Part shown: in pieces, positions 24,048-38,212 of the stretch | Layout: each line of letters starts with the position of its first letter | Numbering within the stretch: the stretch's first letter is position 1 | Assembly: GCA_951406725.2 (NCBI GenBank) | Contig: OX597814.1 | Location: 126,790,001 to 126,854,000 of the forward strand | From: Octopus vulgaris | Lineage: Eukaryota | Direction of reading: 5' to 3' | DNA: 64,000 nucleotides | Notes under the pieces: model-generated | The model's database searches: none | Seen by the model: the letters and a program-made list of their open reading frames with translations, nothing else | Told to the model about the DNA's origin: nothing | Program-made: the position numbers and the translations under genes

Positions 24048-27000
24048 GATATTTATGTTCATCTCAACGCAAGGAGACAAACGAACAGATTTAACATATA
24101 CAGGATTTGAACTCAGAACTATCAGATAGCAAATTTGATACAGTGAAGTGCCCAACCCAATTCTATATCCTTCATAGCAAATTTTATTAATGATTGGCTA
24201 CGACATCTGATACCTCCCACTTGCAATATCATCATACTTAAGTGAAAGTTACCCCATCAACTACAGTTAATGAAGGTTTGAAAAGAGTTAAGTGGGTTTA
24301 ATAACCAGCTGGAATAAACGAATCCCAAAACCCAGTCTACAGAAACATGTCGATTCTCGTCACAAGTAATAGAATAAGAAACTATCATATTTTGAAAACA
24401 CACACTCGCACACATATTAATTCCGTCTCCACAGACAAAACCACCTCTTCATGATCATCCCACCTACTAGAAACTATAAAACCTCCAGCAAACAATATCC
24501 TCAACCTTTTAAAGGCAGTGCACATGAGACAATGTCCTAGATATATAAAAAGACAGGATGGTCACAAATGAAACTACTTTGTTCATTGGTCAGCTTGATT
24601 AGAGTTGGCCTGGGGCTAAATAACAACTAGAACTCCTAACAATCCTCATTAAAGATACTAGAATTTTCAGTTTATTATTCTCAGCTTCAAATAAATATAT
24701 AATCACTAATCTAATACATTAACCTAACTCTATCAAGGTTGTAGAACATAGGATGTCACTCCAGATTATTCAAGTAGAGTTGCACAGTGGAACATCAACT
24801 CTCAATAGATGACATCTGAGATTCGATGTTAATTCTTTAGTGGAAAATGCTAATTCTGTTGGGAAGGGCATGTCTGTTTCAACTTCCTGCATGTATTCCA
24901 GGTCATCAAATGATCATTACAATACACCAGTAATCACATAGTTTGAATGAGAGCTCCCATAACTTACCCAGAAAACTGGTACCTCAAGTATAAATAGACT
25001 AAATTGATGTTGGTAGTCTAAAAATGACTAAAATATTTGATTTAGATACTTTGATACCAACCCATCTATGACTACCTCTGGTTTTAGAATTGGGACTTGG
25101 CATTGCTCTATATAACTTACGGAACCCTGTCAAACTGTCCAACCCAAACAAGCATGGAAAATTAACATTAATGATGATGATGAATTCATGACAGTCCTTT
25201 CTTTTTTAAGAGCCTTTGGTTAGGTTAAATTCTCAAATGCCATCTTAACAAAAGAGTGATTTTACTAAATCCTATGTTCAAAATTAAATGGAAACATAGA
25301 CAAAGTATTTTATTAGAGATATGGTTCTGAAAGGGTTAAACGGAAAGATCTTATATATTTATAGACAAGCTATCAGCTAATCAGTCATTTCATAACTAAA
25401 ACAATATACAACTGACCATTTAACAGCTATTACAATAGACAACAGAACATCTAACAACAACAGACAATAGTTCTTAATTAGATATGTGTATGACAGTTCT
25501 GTTATCAATTAATGTCCAAAATATTTTTGAAATGGAAAAATGAAAAAAAGATTAAAGCTTGGAAAGCCATTAGAATTAGTAGGCTCATTCTGGTATGAGT
25601 AGGGGTATACTGAAAATGAAAGCAAAATCACACAAGTGTGTGTGTGTGTTAGTAGTTGAAATGTATTTTCGGTGATACCTTTCATGTGAGGAGAAATAAC
25701 TATTTTAATAAAAAAGTAAAATAGCAGAACAGTGAGAAAAGTGCTAGAAATAAGCTTCAAAGACCAAAGTTTATAGAAACAGTAACTGACTAGATCAAAG
25801 TTTTCTTTAATACATGAAACATATTTACATAACACTATGGAAAATTTAACTCTTAAAAATAACATTTCAACTTGTAAGCTAATAAACATGTCCATTTCCA
25901 AACTGAGACACTTCATTAATCTTACTAAGTTCACCTTCCCAATCCTCACTGGAAAACTATGCAAAACCTATTATTTGAGAGTTAATAATTGTGTCAAGGT
26001 TCTATTTATTTGAATCAAGGTATGGTGGCTAGAAAAATTAAAGTGAGGGCAAATTAAGGGCCATAGAGTAGCATTAGCATGTCTCTTATATAAAGCAGGG
26101 CTTACCATATTGGCTGAGCTGGGCCCAAGTAAGCATTAGTTGAGTAATTTTTGAGACAAAGCAACACTGTCGTTGGACAAATGGAGGTCTAATAAGATCT
26201 AATAAAGAGGTCTAATAAGATCAAACAGACATGTCTAGAGTTGTGACTTGTATAGTTTCATAGTATCCTGCACTGACTCAGTGAAACTGGATCAGTGACT
26301 AGATTGCATGTGTATGATGAAAATTTTGAAATTTCATCTTTCTTTTAATGTCTCATTTTCCAAGCTAACATAATTAGATAAGAGTTATCTATGACCAGAT
26401 GCCCTTTCTGTCGCCAGCCAGCTGCTTGTTTCTAATCAGGATAATAATCTCACGGTCTCACAACAAATAACAAACAACCTGGGCAGATTTATGCAGAGAA
26501 CTGCAACCAAATGACACCATCAACAAGGCCAGTGTTCACGACCAGCAAACACATGTAAAGACAAGGGAAATAGAAACTCATACAAACACAGTCATGTATG
26601 CATGCCCCACCCCTTCATGATAGATCGTTAGCCACTACACACATTTTTTTTCTCTCCTTGTATGGCTTCAGTTTGCCTGGTTCTACAGTAGAGATACATG
26701 CCCAATGTATCACACAGTTTGACTGAATCTAAAGACACAAAGAGGAGAAGCAAACTTTTTAACCACACAGCCATGCCTGAGCCTATATAGCCATGAAATA
26801 AATTAAAATTTAGTGTAAATTTAATACCTTTTTATGTGTTCAAACAATTTATCCATTATGTAGTTACTTCAGTTTTAACACACTGTCTCAGATGAAGTAA
26901 AACTCCAAAATGTCTAGAATTATCTTCCATAAAGCCGAAATTATTGAAGTAATATTAGTCATTAAGCAAATGCTGTATTTTCATCACCATATAATTATTT

Positions 27001-27519
27001 TTGATAAACTTTTTCATGCAGGTGCAAGCATTGCTTTGTATTTGAGAAGTTAGTTTCCCAACCTCACAGTTTTGGGTTCAGCCATACTGCATGGCATCTG
27101 CTACAGCTTTGGACCAACCAGTGTGGCTTTTATTTCCCAAACTGTCAAACGCTTAAGCAGTATTATGTAGAATAATCTTTATTTCTTACATAGTAGAACT
27201 GGGGGGATGTGGTTCACAGAAAAGACTTGGCTCTGACAACATAATCTCCAAATATGAGTTATAGCCTCTACAGCAAATATTACAACTTTAGTTAATCCAC
27301 TCACAGCAAAGAAAACCTAGCAACACTATCAATAACACCAACCTTTCTTTCGATGATTCATATATCATGTGATAGGCAAATACTCTCCCTTCCTTATACT
27401 AGGTATCAAACTGTAGCATTATTTACTGAATAAAGTCTTTGGTATACCAATCTCTTATATTTACTACATATGAAAGTTTATTCAACAATTTAAATGTAGA
27501 TAGAGTTCAATGTACTGAA

Positions 27520-28100
27520 AGTTTCAATACAAATCCCCTTTCAATGAACATGAGCCTCTTCATAATTCAAATATTGGTCATGTTCATTTAAAAAATTTTC
27601 TTGCCACTGTTTTTAATCCTGACAAAATACACAGCCTTGTAAACTTCACGTTCCATGAAATACTCGAGTTTATCACAGATTGCAACAATTATGAGGATAT
27701 GATTAATTGCCAAAAGGATTATTTACATTGAACTGGTTAACAAAGTTATTGTGAGACATGAGGTTATAATTCACAAACAATAACTAACTGAATTGATTTC
27801 TTCAGGCCTTCAAACTCTTGGCTAAAGAATGCAACTTCAAGACAGTACCATCTGAACTGTACACAAAAATATTTGATAATGGAATCTTTTATTTCTGGAA
27901 TAATGTTGAATGCTATAAAACTCAGAGCAGTCAAAAGTAAAACACTAAACTGGGAAACATCTGTATCACAAATCAGAGTATTGGACATAAATGCAAAGAA
28001 TACAATCAAGATATCCTCTTAAATCTTACTACAGTTATAAAGGTGAGCACTGAGCAAGAAACTGTATCAGTAACTGCTTCAATGAAATAGAAAAGAGTTG
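27520..28100 (+). mobile_element. Decayed Ty3/Gypsy gag fragment
   Basis: Frameshifted ESFNTNP..FKYWSCSF..LVNF...EFITDCNNYED..VRH..QTLAKECNFK..ESFISG, resembling invertebrate Gypsy gag. Confidence 0.55.
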
Positions 28101-28635
28101 GAGAGAGAGTACAGACTTGACTGTAGAAAATATCCTGTAAAAGATGTCATATGTCACAAGTCATCATCATCGTTTAACATCTGCTTTCCATGCCAGCACA
28201 AGGCTCCAATCTTGATCTGGCAGAGTTTCTACAGCTGGATGCCCTTCCTAACGCCAACCACTCCGAGAGTGTAGTGGGTGCTTTTTACGTGCCACCGGCA
28301 TGTGGGCCAGTCAGGCAGTACTGGCAATGACCTCACTCGAATCTTTTACACATGCCACCAGCACAGGTGCCAGTAAGGCAACGTTGGTAATGATCACACT
28401 CGAATGGTGCCCGTGAAGAAAAATAGGTCCTTATTCTTGAGTGTGCAAATCACATAATGAACCCAAAAAGGTCCTTTATAAACCTAGTAATAACTCACTC
28501 TCCAGCACATTAAATTCTTCAACTAAGTTTTTCAGGTTTATTTGAACATACTTTGACTTGTGCACTCTTTAATAAGGTAATTAACAATCAATCAATGTAA
28601 GCTTTAGTTGACAATGGAAATACTGACAACTTGTG

Positions 28636-28992
28636 CACCTTTTCAAACTCCATCTGTCTAACACCCATGGACATGTTTACAAAGTCAGAAAACAGCACAG
28701 CTCCCATCACTTTTGGAAACATTTTTTCACGCTAAGAGTTGCTGAAGTATGGAACAAACTGCCGACATCAGTTGTTAGTTGTCAGAGCACTGCATCCTTC
28801 AAAACTTCCATGCTTCCTGAGATTTGCCAACACAACACCTCATTTTCTCCCCTCCATACACACGCAAGCATGTATCTGACTCATACACTGTTCACTTTTC
28901 AGACATTTGTACATTACTGCATATGCTTTATACGCACTTTTGACAAGTTGTGGTGCACCTGAGCACTGTATACAATAATTTCATTATTATTA
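28636..28992 (+). mobile_element. 5'-truncated CR1 LINE, same family as 1205-1672
   Basis: ORF 28633-28962 HLFKLHLSNTHGHVYKVRK...WNKLP, followed by an (ATT)n tail. Confidence 0.85.
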
Positions 28993-31900
28993 TATATATT
29001 TGATTAAAACTGATAAAGTTAAACAGAATGGTTTAGTCATTAAACTATTTGGAAGTAACAACTGATCTCTTAATAGAGGAAGCTGAAGTACTGAAATATA
29101 AGATAAATTAGCTTTTGTTTAAAAAAAACTAATGAAGTAGGAGATAGGAGCTCATTTCACAATTTGTTACAATGCTCAACATCTCCAAGTGATATAGTTA
29201 TATGTGCAGAATCAAACTTAATAATTACTAGATCTAAATAACAAGCCAAACTTTCATTCTTCCTCCTACAACATTATTTCTCAAGAAGGGACTCCCCCAC
29301 CAAGCTCGGCTTCTGTTGATAAAATTCATTATTCAAAGAGAACTAAAAGATTTAATTTGTGATTTTATTAACGTGTTAAATTGTATAAATATAAAAATCT
29401 AATTCCAGATTATAATACTATTTTATAATACAGTTATAATACTATTACTGTTCATTTTGGCTGATTTTACAATCTGATAGTCTATTGCTTTTTCTTAAGA
29501 GAGTGTGAATGCTGTGAGTCAATGCCATTTCTTTTTTCTCTTTCCAATAAATGACGTATCATGTGATGAGTGAATGCAGATTTTTACCTAAACCGGATGC
29601 TTAGCTGTAACATTATTCATTGAATACAGCCTTTGTATACAGATATCTTATGACCACTTATTATGACAACACACTAAATTTGACAAGTTGAAATAAAATA
29701 TTAAAGTATTTGAAGTCTGTTTTCAATGAATGGATGTAGGTATGACCAAATGGTTAAAACTTTGCTTCACAATCATAAATTCTTGAGTTTTATCCCATTG
29801 CATGGCATGTCTTACATCAAGCCTTCAGGTAAACCCAAACCTTAGTAATGAAACAGAAAAGACAGAAGATATTTGGAAGACTGTATCTGAACTTCAAAGA
29901 CCACCCTTGTCACAAACTGTTATGATGATTCTCTCTCATCTACTTACACTAATTTAATAAGTAGACCATTCTATTGCCTGAACAATTGGATTACACATGA
30001 GGGAAGCCAATGCAAGATCCATTTTAAATATGCCATGAACACAAGGAAATCAATGAAGATCATACAAGTTAATTTCACCTTATCAAAGGATCCACATTCA
30101 ATACAGAACATACAGAACCCTACCACAATTACCATTACAGTTGAACAGTAACTTTCATCACAAAGTTAGCTTCTGATTAAATAACAACCAGTTAACCAGC
30201 TACATACACACTAATTTCGTGATTAGATGGTTCTGCTGATTGAACAATTAGAACACAAATCTCAGTAACCAATACTAAATCTATTTTATATTTGCCATGA
30301 ACATCAGAAAATTGACTGAGCTATCTTTATGTCATATGTCAAAGAACTAACATACAATACAAACCCTCGATTACCAATGAAACACTTTCACAGCAAAGTT
30401 ATCTCCTGATTAAACAACAGCCAGTTAACTCGATTGTTCTTTGTCTACCTGTCACCTATAGATTGCTAACACCAGTTCAATCAATTAATAATGTTCCATG
30501 TAAGAATTCAAAGCCATAACTCAAGTCAAGTAAAACCAATATCGTAGCTGGGGCCGGTAACCCCTGACTGGCTCCCGTGCTGGTGGCACATAAAAAGCAC
30601 CATCCGAACGTGGTCAATGCCAGATCCCCCTAACTGGCTCCTATGCCAGTGGCACATAAAAAGCACCAACTGATGCCAGTACACCCTGACTGGCTCCTGT
30701 GCCGGTGACATGTAAAAAGTACCATCCAAAAAGCACTCACTACACTCTCAGAGTGGTTGGCATTAGGAAGGGCATCCAACTGTAGAAACTTTGCCAGATC
30801 AGATTGGAGCCTGGTGCAGCCGCTGGTTCTCTAGACCTTAGTCAAACCATCCAACCCATGCCAGCATGGAAAGCGGACGTTAATCGATGATGATGATAAC
30901 TTATAATATGAACTTTAAATATCATATAGGTGTGTGGTTCAGAAGTTCATTTTACAAATATGTGATTTTTGGTGCAGTTCACCTGTACAGAACCTTAGGC
31001 ACAGAACTTACTACAGCCTTAATTTAACCAATACTATTCGAGTGAAATATGTGTGGAAGCCTGTTGCAATACAAACACATACAAACATGTATGTGTGCAT
31101 GTGATGTATATCAGTGGTGAGAAAACACAAAAAGAAAAACAGCTTCACTAACAAAAGTCCCTTGAGATATATATTCTGCATCAAGTTGCAGACACTCCCT
31201 CATTCCTGTCACTGTCAGAAATACAATGAACTAGGAATGGTCCATTGGAAATTTATCACCAACATTGCTAATTGTCCACAAATTGTGATGTAAAATAAAA
31301 TTTACAAATAAATCTTATCTAAGATATAACACAACACTGGAATCATTCTATATGACAATTTTTGTTAGAAAAAGTTTCTAAATGTAAAATTTCTCATACT
31401 TGAACATTAATTGGCACTTGTGCCCCGTGCTAGTAGGGTGCTAAGAGCACCATCTGAGCATGATCGTTGCCAGAGCGGCTAACTGGCTTCCGTGCAAGTG
31501 GCATGTAGGAGGCACCATTCGAGTGGGATCGTTACCAGCATCGCCTTACTGGCACCTGTGCCGTTGGCATGTGTAAAAAAAAAATTCAAGCGAGGTTGTT
31601 GCCGCCTGACTGGCCCTCATGTCAGAAGTCTGAATGGTGTGTGTATGACAGTTGTGGTGGCGATGGTGGTGGTACTGGTGATGATGATGGTTGAAAACAA
31701 TCAACAGGGGAGAGAGAGAAAGAAAAGGTTAGACAGAAAAAAAATTGTACTGAATATATGTCCATATTGCAGAAAGGACTCCTTCCAATCTTCTCCAGTG
31801 GTGAAATGATTAGAGAAGACTCAAATTTTGTGAAATGATTAAAGAAGACCCAAAATTTGTGAATAAAGAGAGAAAAAAAACTACTTTTCAAAATGAATTT

Positions 31901-34900
31901 CATCGTAGTATTTTTTCTTCAGACACTTCTCTGTCACCTTTGACATCAGGAACCAGTGAATTGGTCCACTAGAAACCTGTATCTATCAAAGCTCATTCAC
32001 TAATTGCATATAAAAATATACAAATAAGGTAGTAGGGTGTGATTTAAGGGTGATTTGACTACTGTTTCTAGCAAGTCAAAAAATCGTATTGGCTTGAAGA
32101 AAGAAACTAAAGTTTTAATGAGAGATATAATCAAAAAGTTAAGTTACAAAACAACAGTGTTCAACTAAACATAACCAGCCTCATTCACAGAATAATTATC
32201 AATAGAATGTCTTTCACTTAATGATGCAGCCTTAATTTACTGTAATAAACTGCCATTTCATCTTCAGGATACCCTAACATTTGATAAAACTGATAGTACT
32301 CATTAAACCACATAAAAATCTACAAAGAATTCTTTATTCTTCATATTATTATTAAATCTTCAGAAATTAGTCTCTAAAATTAAATCATTCATTCTGGAAA
32401 CTCTTCAAAGGCAAAGATTTAGATTAAATCAGCTTAGCAAATCATATTAAGTCACTATCTGAATTCCTATAAAATTAAATAATATAACTGGCATGATACA
32501 CTCTTTTATGTTAATCTAGATATTTCTATTGTTGTTTGTAACATTTGTTACTTGTACACTCAATCAACTATTGATCTATTTGCTATCATGATCAGCTTGT
32601 CTCCAACAAATTCTATTTGCTGACATTTCTTTTTATTGAACAACTTTTATTCAACAATTTTTATTAAAATCTGTGTTTCATATTTTAGAAAAATTATAAA
32701 AGTTCTATGGACAGAAAAACAAAATAGTAGATATTGTAGGTTAGAGAGTAGGACAACATCTGAAAGGGAACAACATCTCAGCGATGTAAGTAGGGTGGCT
32801 ATTTATAGAGTCAACAGAGTTGATCAAGTGGTTTATATCTGGTGAGTGTGAATAAAGTGAGAGAGACACTCCTACACATACACAACATAGGCTTGCATTC
32901 CTTAACAGATGACCCAAAATACTTGCTTTCTGATAAGATTTAAACATATAGAAATGATGAAACCCTTGTATGTCTGAGTGCACAGTGATATCCTTAGCTA
33001 AGTAGAGGTGTGGTATATCCATAGTAATGGGTTTCTGGATCACACCTAGTTTGTTAAGTCAACTAATAATGTCATACATTTGCTCAATCAAAGCTGACTG
33101 AAGCTGGAGAACAGAGACATTATTTTAGTTATAGTGGTTTTATTTTCATCAATGCACCAAGAGAGTTAGGTACGAAGAAACTTTGTAATTTTACAGTATT
33201 AGATGAATACCAAAAATACATACAATATAATAAAAACAATATCAGTGAAACAATAAATGTTTCTATGGAAACAGACAATTTAGAATTCTAATTCAAAACA
33301 CTAAAAAGACTAATTTAAAGCAACCTATAAATGCCAGCTGTAATTATAGTTAATAGATTAGGAATTATGGCTCAGCTGGAGAAGCTAACACAAAGAATAC
33401 AGGTTCATTTCTCACATAGGTGTGATATACTATATTTGAAAAACAAACATTTAACTGTGTCTATGCTGTAGTAAACTCTTTAATGTAGTTCTCTTCTCCC
33501 AACAGTCTATTTATTGGCATGTGTCTGTACATGAAAATGTGTGTGTGTGTGTGTGTAAATAGCGGATGCGTGTGGGCGTGTTGATCTGCATGTGTATATA
33601 TTACATAATGTATATTAAATAAATTACGAATGCATGTGTGCGTCAGAAAAAAGTAAAAAATGTGGATAGATTAACACTGACAAACCACACCCACATCTGT
33701 GTCAAGCCACATCTGGAAGAGTTTACATAGTCAATAACACTTTCATTAATAACCAAAAGAAATATTTAGAGTCTACTTTTCTAGCATATACAGTATAGTT
33801 GGTTATTGTTGTTGTCATTGTTTTGGTTACTTTTTGGTCAAACCTGATCGAGTCGGCCTTTTGTCAAAGAGCCAGCCAGTAATCAGTCTCTCTTCTTTTG
33901 AAGCATAATATATCAAACTATATTTTCCAAAGATTCTTTTCATTCTTTTATGACAGTAAGGCATGATTTAAAGGAAATTTAGTTGCTATTTCTAACAATC
34001 TGACCAACTGAGTTAAGGTAGTTCTTTTGCAGGGCATAATTACTGTTATACACAATAGCAATTCTAGTGATGTGAAATAAGCACTTGATCCCAGTGTCCA
34101 ACTAGTACTTTATTTAATTGATCCCAAAAGGATGAAAGGCAAAGTTCACCCCAGTGGCATTTGTACTCAGAACAAAGTCCAAAGAAATACCACTCAGTAT
34201 TTTATCAGGGCAATAATGATTCTACTAGCTCACCAGCTTCCAGTCTGGAATAAATTGGTTTCAAATTTTGGCACAAGGCCATCAATTTTGGGAGGAAGGA
34301 CTAAGTCAATTGTCTGCCCCAGTGCTCAACTGGTACTTATTTTAAAGACCCCAAAAGGAAGAAAGACAAAGTTGACCTTAGCGGAATTTGAACTCAGAAT
34401 GTAAAAATGGATATGCCACTAAGCATTTTGCCCAACATGCTAACAATTCTGCCAGCTTGTTGCCTTCCTGGAATAATATTGACACCACTATCACCGACAT
34501 TTTCCCATCATGAACTATGTTGACAACTCTGCCATCTCACACTTTTTCCTATTTGAAATTATGTCAATGCTATTGCCACCATATGCTCTCTCTCTCTCTC
34601 TCTCTGTCTTCCATCTCAAGTAATGTTGACACTGCACCCATCTTTCACTACTTCCCATCTCAAGTAGCTATTGCACACTGTCTCCCAACACCACTGGCAT
34701 CATCATTAACTTATGCGTCTCATATAGTGTATTTATTTTATGAAACCTTAAAAAATTAAAAGGTTACATTAATTTTAGATGGATTTGAAATCAAAACTAT
34801 AAAGCTCTTATGTACAAACTAATGAGGAACTCTCCAGATATGGGGTTTAAACTACTTCAGATAGCAGTCAAATCTCTCTCATATCCTACTGTTTAAAAAT

Positions 34901-35724
34901 GGAAGGACACATAGAATAAGGCAGGATGATCATGACTGGAAAGTCTTTTGATCATAAGTCTTCTCAATTAGGGTTAACTTGGAGCTAAACAACAATATGC
35001 CCCTATCATCTCTACATCAACCACCTAAATATGCTACTTACAACATCCCTTGCTTATAAACTGTAGGTTGCAGAGGTGGTGCTTCACTCTATTTTCTATA
35101 GTAATAAATGATGAGACAGCCAACCCTGAATGTGATACTATTTCACTACCACATTTCCCAGGAAGTTGCAGGACTTATTATTCAGTGTCATGGTTTCAGT
35201 TATGTAGAATTGAACAATTTGTTCAATACAAGATCAGAGTGAAATACCAGTAGTGAAATTGAACTCATCATCCACAATTTACTAATATATTCCTTATCTG
35301 CTCATACACTTTACCTCTAACACTTCAATAAAAGAAAGTTGGATCTATTTTGAATCTAAACAACCAGCATAGGTGGTACTTCAGTATGACCATAGTCCAA
35401 TGACTGATATGAGCAAAAGGAAGTGAAAAAATATTTATAAGAGAAAAGTTTCTGGAAGTAAATCAAAATAAAGAAAGACATCTGAAATTCTTACTAAAAT
35501 ATTAAATCAGCCACCATAAGATGTTGAGTGGATAGAGTATTGAATAACTAGCTGAAAGGTCACTGGTTCATATTCCAGGAATTTATTGATGTTTCATATA
35601 TGACAAAACTTCAGTTTTGATAGCATCCTTCAGTTATTCCTGATATACCTGTAACTATCAACTTCTTCATTCTGGGACAGCCTGTAATGTTTATGGCACT
35701 GTTCCCTTTTCTTAAGAAAAGGTG

Positions 35725-36230
35725 ATAGTATTGTGTACATGGTAAAGACACTTAGCTGTCAATAGCCCAGTCTATCTAGTAAGAAGTAGGTACTCCAATT
35801 GGATACAGGTTATTGTGTTGTATCCGTGACCGATACAGCAATCTATAGCTTAGGCCATCTAGCTAGGACAAGTGTTGGCATTGTGTCCATGGTCAAGATG
35901 ATTGGCTGTCAACAGCCCAGCCCATCTAGTAAGAAGTAGGTACATCAATGTGGTATTGCTCATAGTACTGTGTCCATGACAATATAAATACTAACAGCTC
36001 AGTCTATATGACTCTATATAAGTACTCTAATGTAAGGTACTGTACAGTGTCTATACAACAGTCATCAGATCAACCCATGTAGCTAGAATATGTGGTGGCA
36101 CTGTGTCCATGGTCAAGATACTTAGCTGTCATTAGTTTAGTCTACCAGGCTGTATATAGGTCCACAGAGTGGTATAACTCATTTTACTAGGTCCGTAAAC
36201 CAAGACACTTAACTCTCAATAGACCATTTC
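35725..36230. repeat. Degenerate ~65-85-bp tandem repeat
   Basis: TGTGTCCATGGTCAAGA..CTTAGCTGTCAA.AGCCCAG.C.ATCTAG recurs about 6 times. Confidence 0.75.
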
Positions 36231-38038
36231 TTCACCAACCAAGCAATATACTACTTTGAGTGACAAAATTTCTGACTCCTAGGAGCATTTCACTGAAGTA
36301 ATAAATAAAGCCATTCGTTGGAAACCCAAGAGAGAGAGTCCTCAATGACAGAAAATTGGAAAAAGAGTAAGTGAGAGTGAGAATCTGTACAAGCAAGAGT
36401 ATGTGTACAAGTGGGAGAGACAGTACGAAAGCAAGAGTGTGTACAAGGGTGAGAACGTGTGTGTATGTATGAGTGAAAGAGACAGAAAGATAAAAAGTGC
36501 ATGAGGAAGTGAGAGAGATGGTAGGTGTGTGACAGAGAGAGTGAGAGATTAATATGACAGAGTTAACCAGTGCAAATTTATTGAGATCAGGTGAGGATAT
36601 AAAATCAAGGACATGAATTAACCCTTATCTGACAGTAATCAGGAAAGTATGTTACCTACTCAGGTAATTTAAGGAAAGCTGAGTAAAGAGGTATCAGGTG
36701 TCATTAACAGATTGTAGTCAAAGTAGAAACTTGATGATCTATGATAAGTTTAACAGTGGCTAAAGTCAGTTAATGCTGACACAACCTATTTCATTGTCAG
36801 GTTCAACCTTGTTTTAAAAGGAAAACATTTATGTTATCTACATTATGCATGAATACATTCTATGTGTGAATTTATATATATATATATCATCACCATCATC
36901 ATTTAACATCTGCTTTCCATGCTGGCATGGGTTGGACAGTTTGATTGAGGACTGGCAAGCCAGAAGGCTGTACCAGGTAACAATCTGATCTGGCAAGGTT
37001 TCTACAACTAGATGCCCTTCCTAACGCCAACCATTCTGAGAGTGTAGCGGGTGCTTTTTACGTACCACCAGCATGAGGGCCAGTCAGGCAGTATTGGCAT
37101 CAACTACGGTCGAATGGTGCTTTTTACATGCCACCTGCATGAAACCAGTCAGGCAGCACTGGCATCGGCCACAACAATGATTTCACTTAACAGGTCTTCT
37201 CAAGCATGGTTAATTGCCCAATGATTGAAGGGTACTCTTAAATGGGCCAGTTATGCTACACTGGCATAGGTCACATTTACGACACCTTTGCCCCACCAAC
37301 ATGCTGTCCCCTCACTCTGTCTAGTCTATCACCACTATGATATCTTCTGCTCCTCATAACCAAGATGCACTTCACCTCCAATCCAACCTATCTTACACAT
37401 TTCTATCCCTTTCTCTCATCATCCCTAGTCCCTAACATACCTTGCAGTAACCATTATTCCCACCAACTATAAAATAAGTACAGTACTTGATTCAAGCTCA
37501 ATAAGTACAAAACTGAAATAAGTACTGGTATTGATATGACCAATTAAAACCCTTGAAGATGGTACCTTAGTATAGACACGGTACAGTGACTGAACCCAGT
37601 AAAAGAACATAAGAAATGTGTGGAATGTGCAGATATATATAATATGGGAGAATAGAATTGTGAGAACTTGATGCAATGTGATTTGATAGTACATTGTGGA
37701 TAGCTTGGTGAAATAGCTACTATACAATATGTCCTCAATAGAATCTCCCTCCCACCTTTACACAAACAGGTATTAGTTTTCCCTCCTCCTCCTATTAAAT
37801 AATAAGCAAAAAAACTGAACCAATGAAAGAGTCTCTAAATAGTTGTTCAACCTGTTATAAATAGCAGCTAAATTTCCCTCAAACCACACCCTACTATCTT
37901 GAGTACAGAATGGGCATGTTAGACAATATAATCATAAGCGTATCTAACAAGTCCAAATGGTCTCAGCTGAAATGCATTTGATCATTGGTCAGATTGACTT
38001 AGGGTTAAACAGCAAAAACAAACTGTTGCATTACTTAC

Positions 38039-38212
38039 CCACAGCACACATGCCACCAGCCTTCAGATAAGTAATATCCTAAAGTTCTCAGGCGAGGACA
38101 CCTGGAACGTTTTTGTTTCATCAACGATTCGCTTTCGTCCATTTCGAAGTCTTCACCATTAAACATCAAAGGAACTTCATCCATTCCATCTTCATCTTCG
38201 CCGTCATATTGT
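38039..38212 (-). CDS. ATP9B: ATP9 N-terminal exon (probably exon 2), 174 nt: QYDGEDEDGMDEVPLMFNGEDFEMDESESLMKQKRSRCPRLRTLGYYLSEGWWHVCC(G)
   Basis: ttcttcag acceptor, gg|gtaagt donor, phase 2/2. The terminal GG joins the first G of exon 4546 to give Gly. DE.PLM and GW...C resemble the ATP9B N-terminus. Confidence 0.9.

Noticed and set aside
25509-25964. 151-aa hydrophobic minus-strand ORF
   Set aside because: AT-rich low-complexity composition with a (CA)n tract, no recognisable domain and no convincing splice context.
26885-26920. Further hammerhead-like remnants (CAGATGA...CCAAA here; CTGAAGG...TGAAA on the minus strand near 35590-35635)
   Set aside because: Core nucleotides broken and stems not convincing.
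29558-29680. Possible C/D box snoRNA (GTGATGA)
   Set aside because: No suitably placed CTGA D box or terminal stem.
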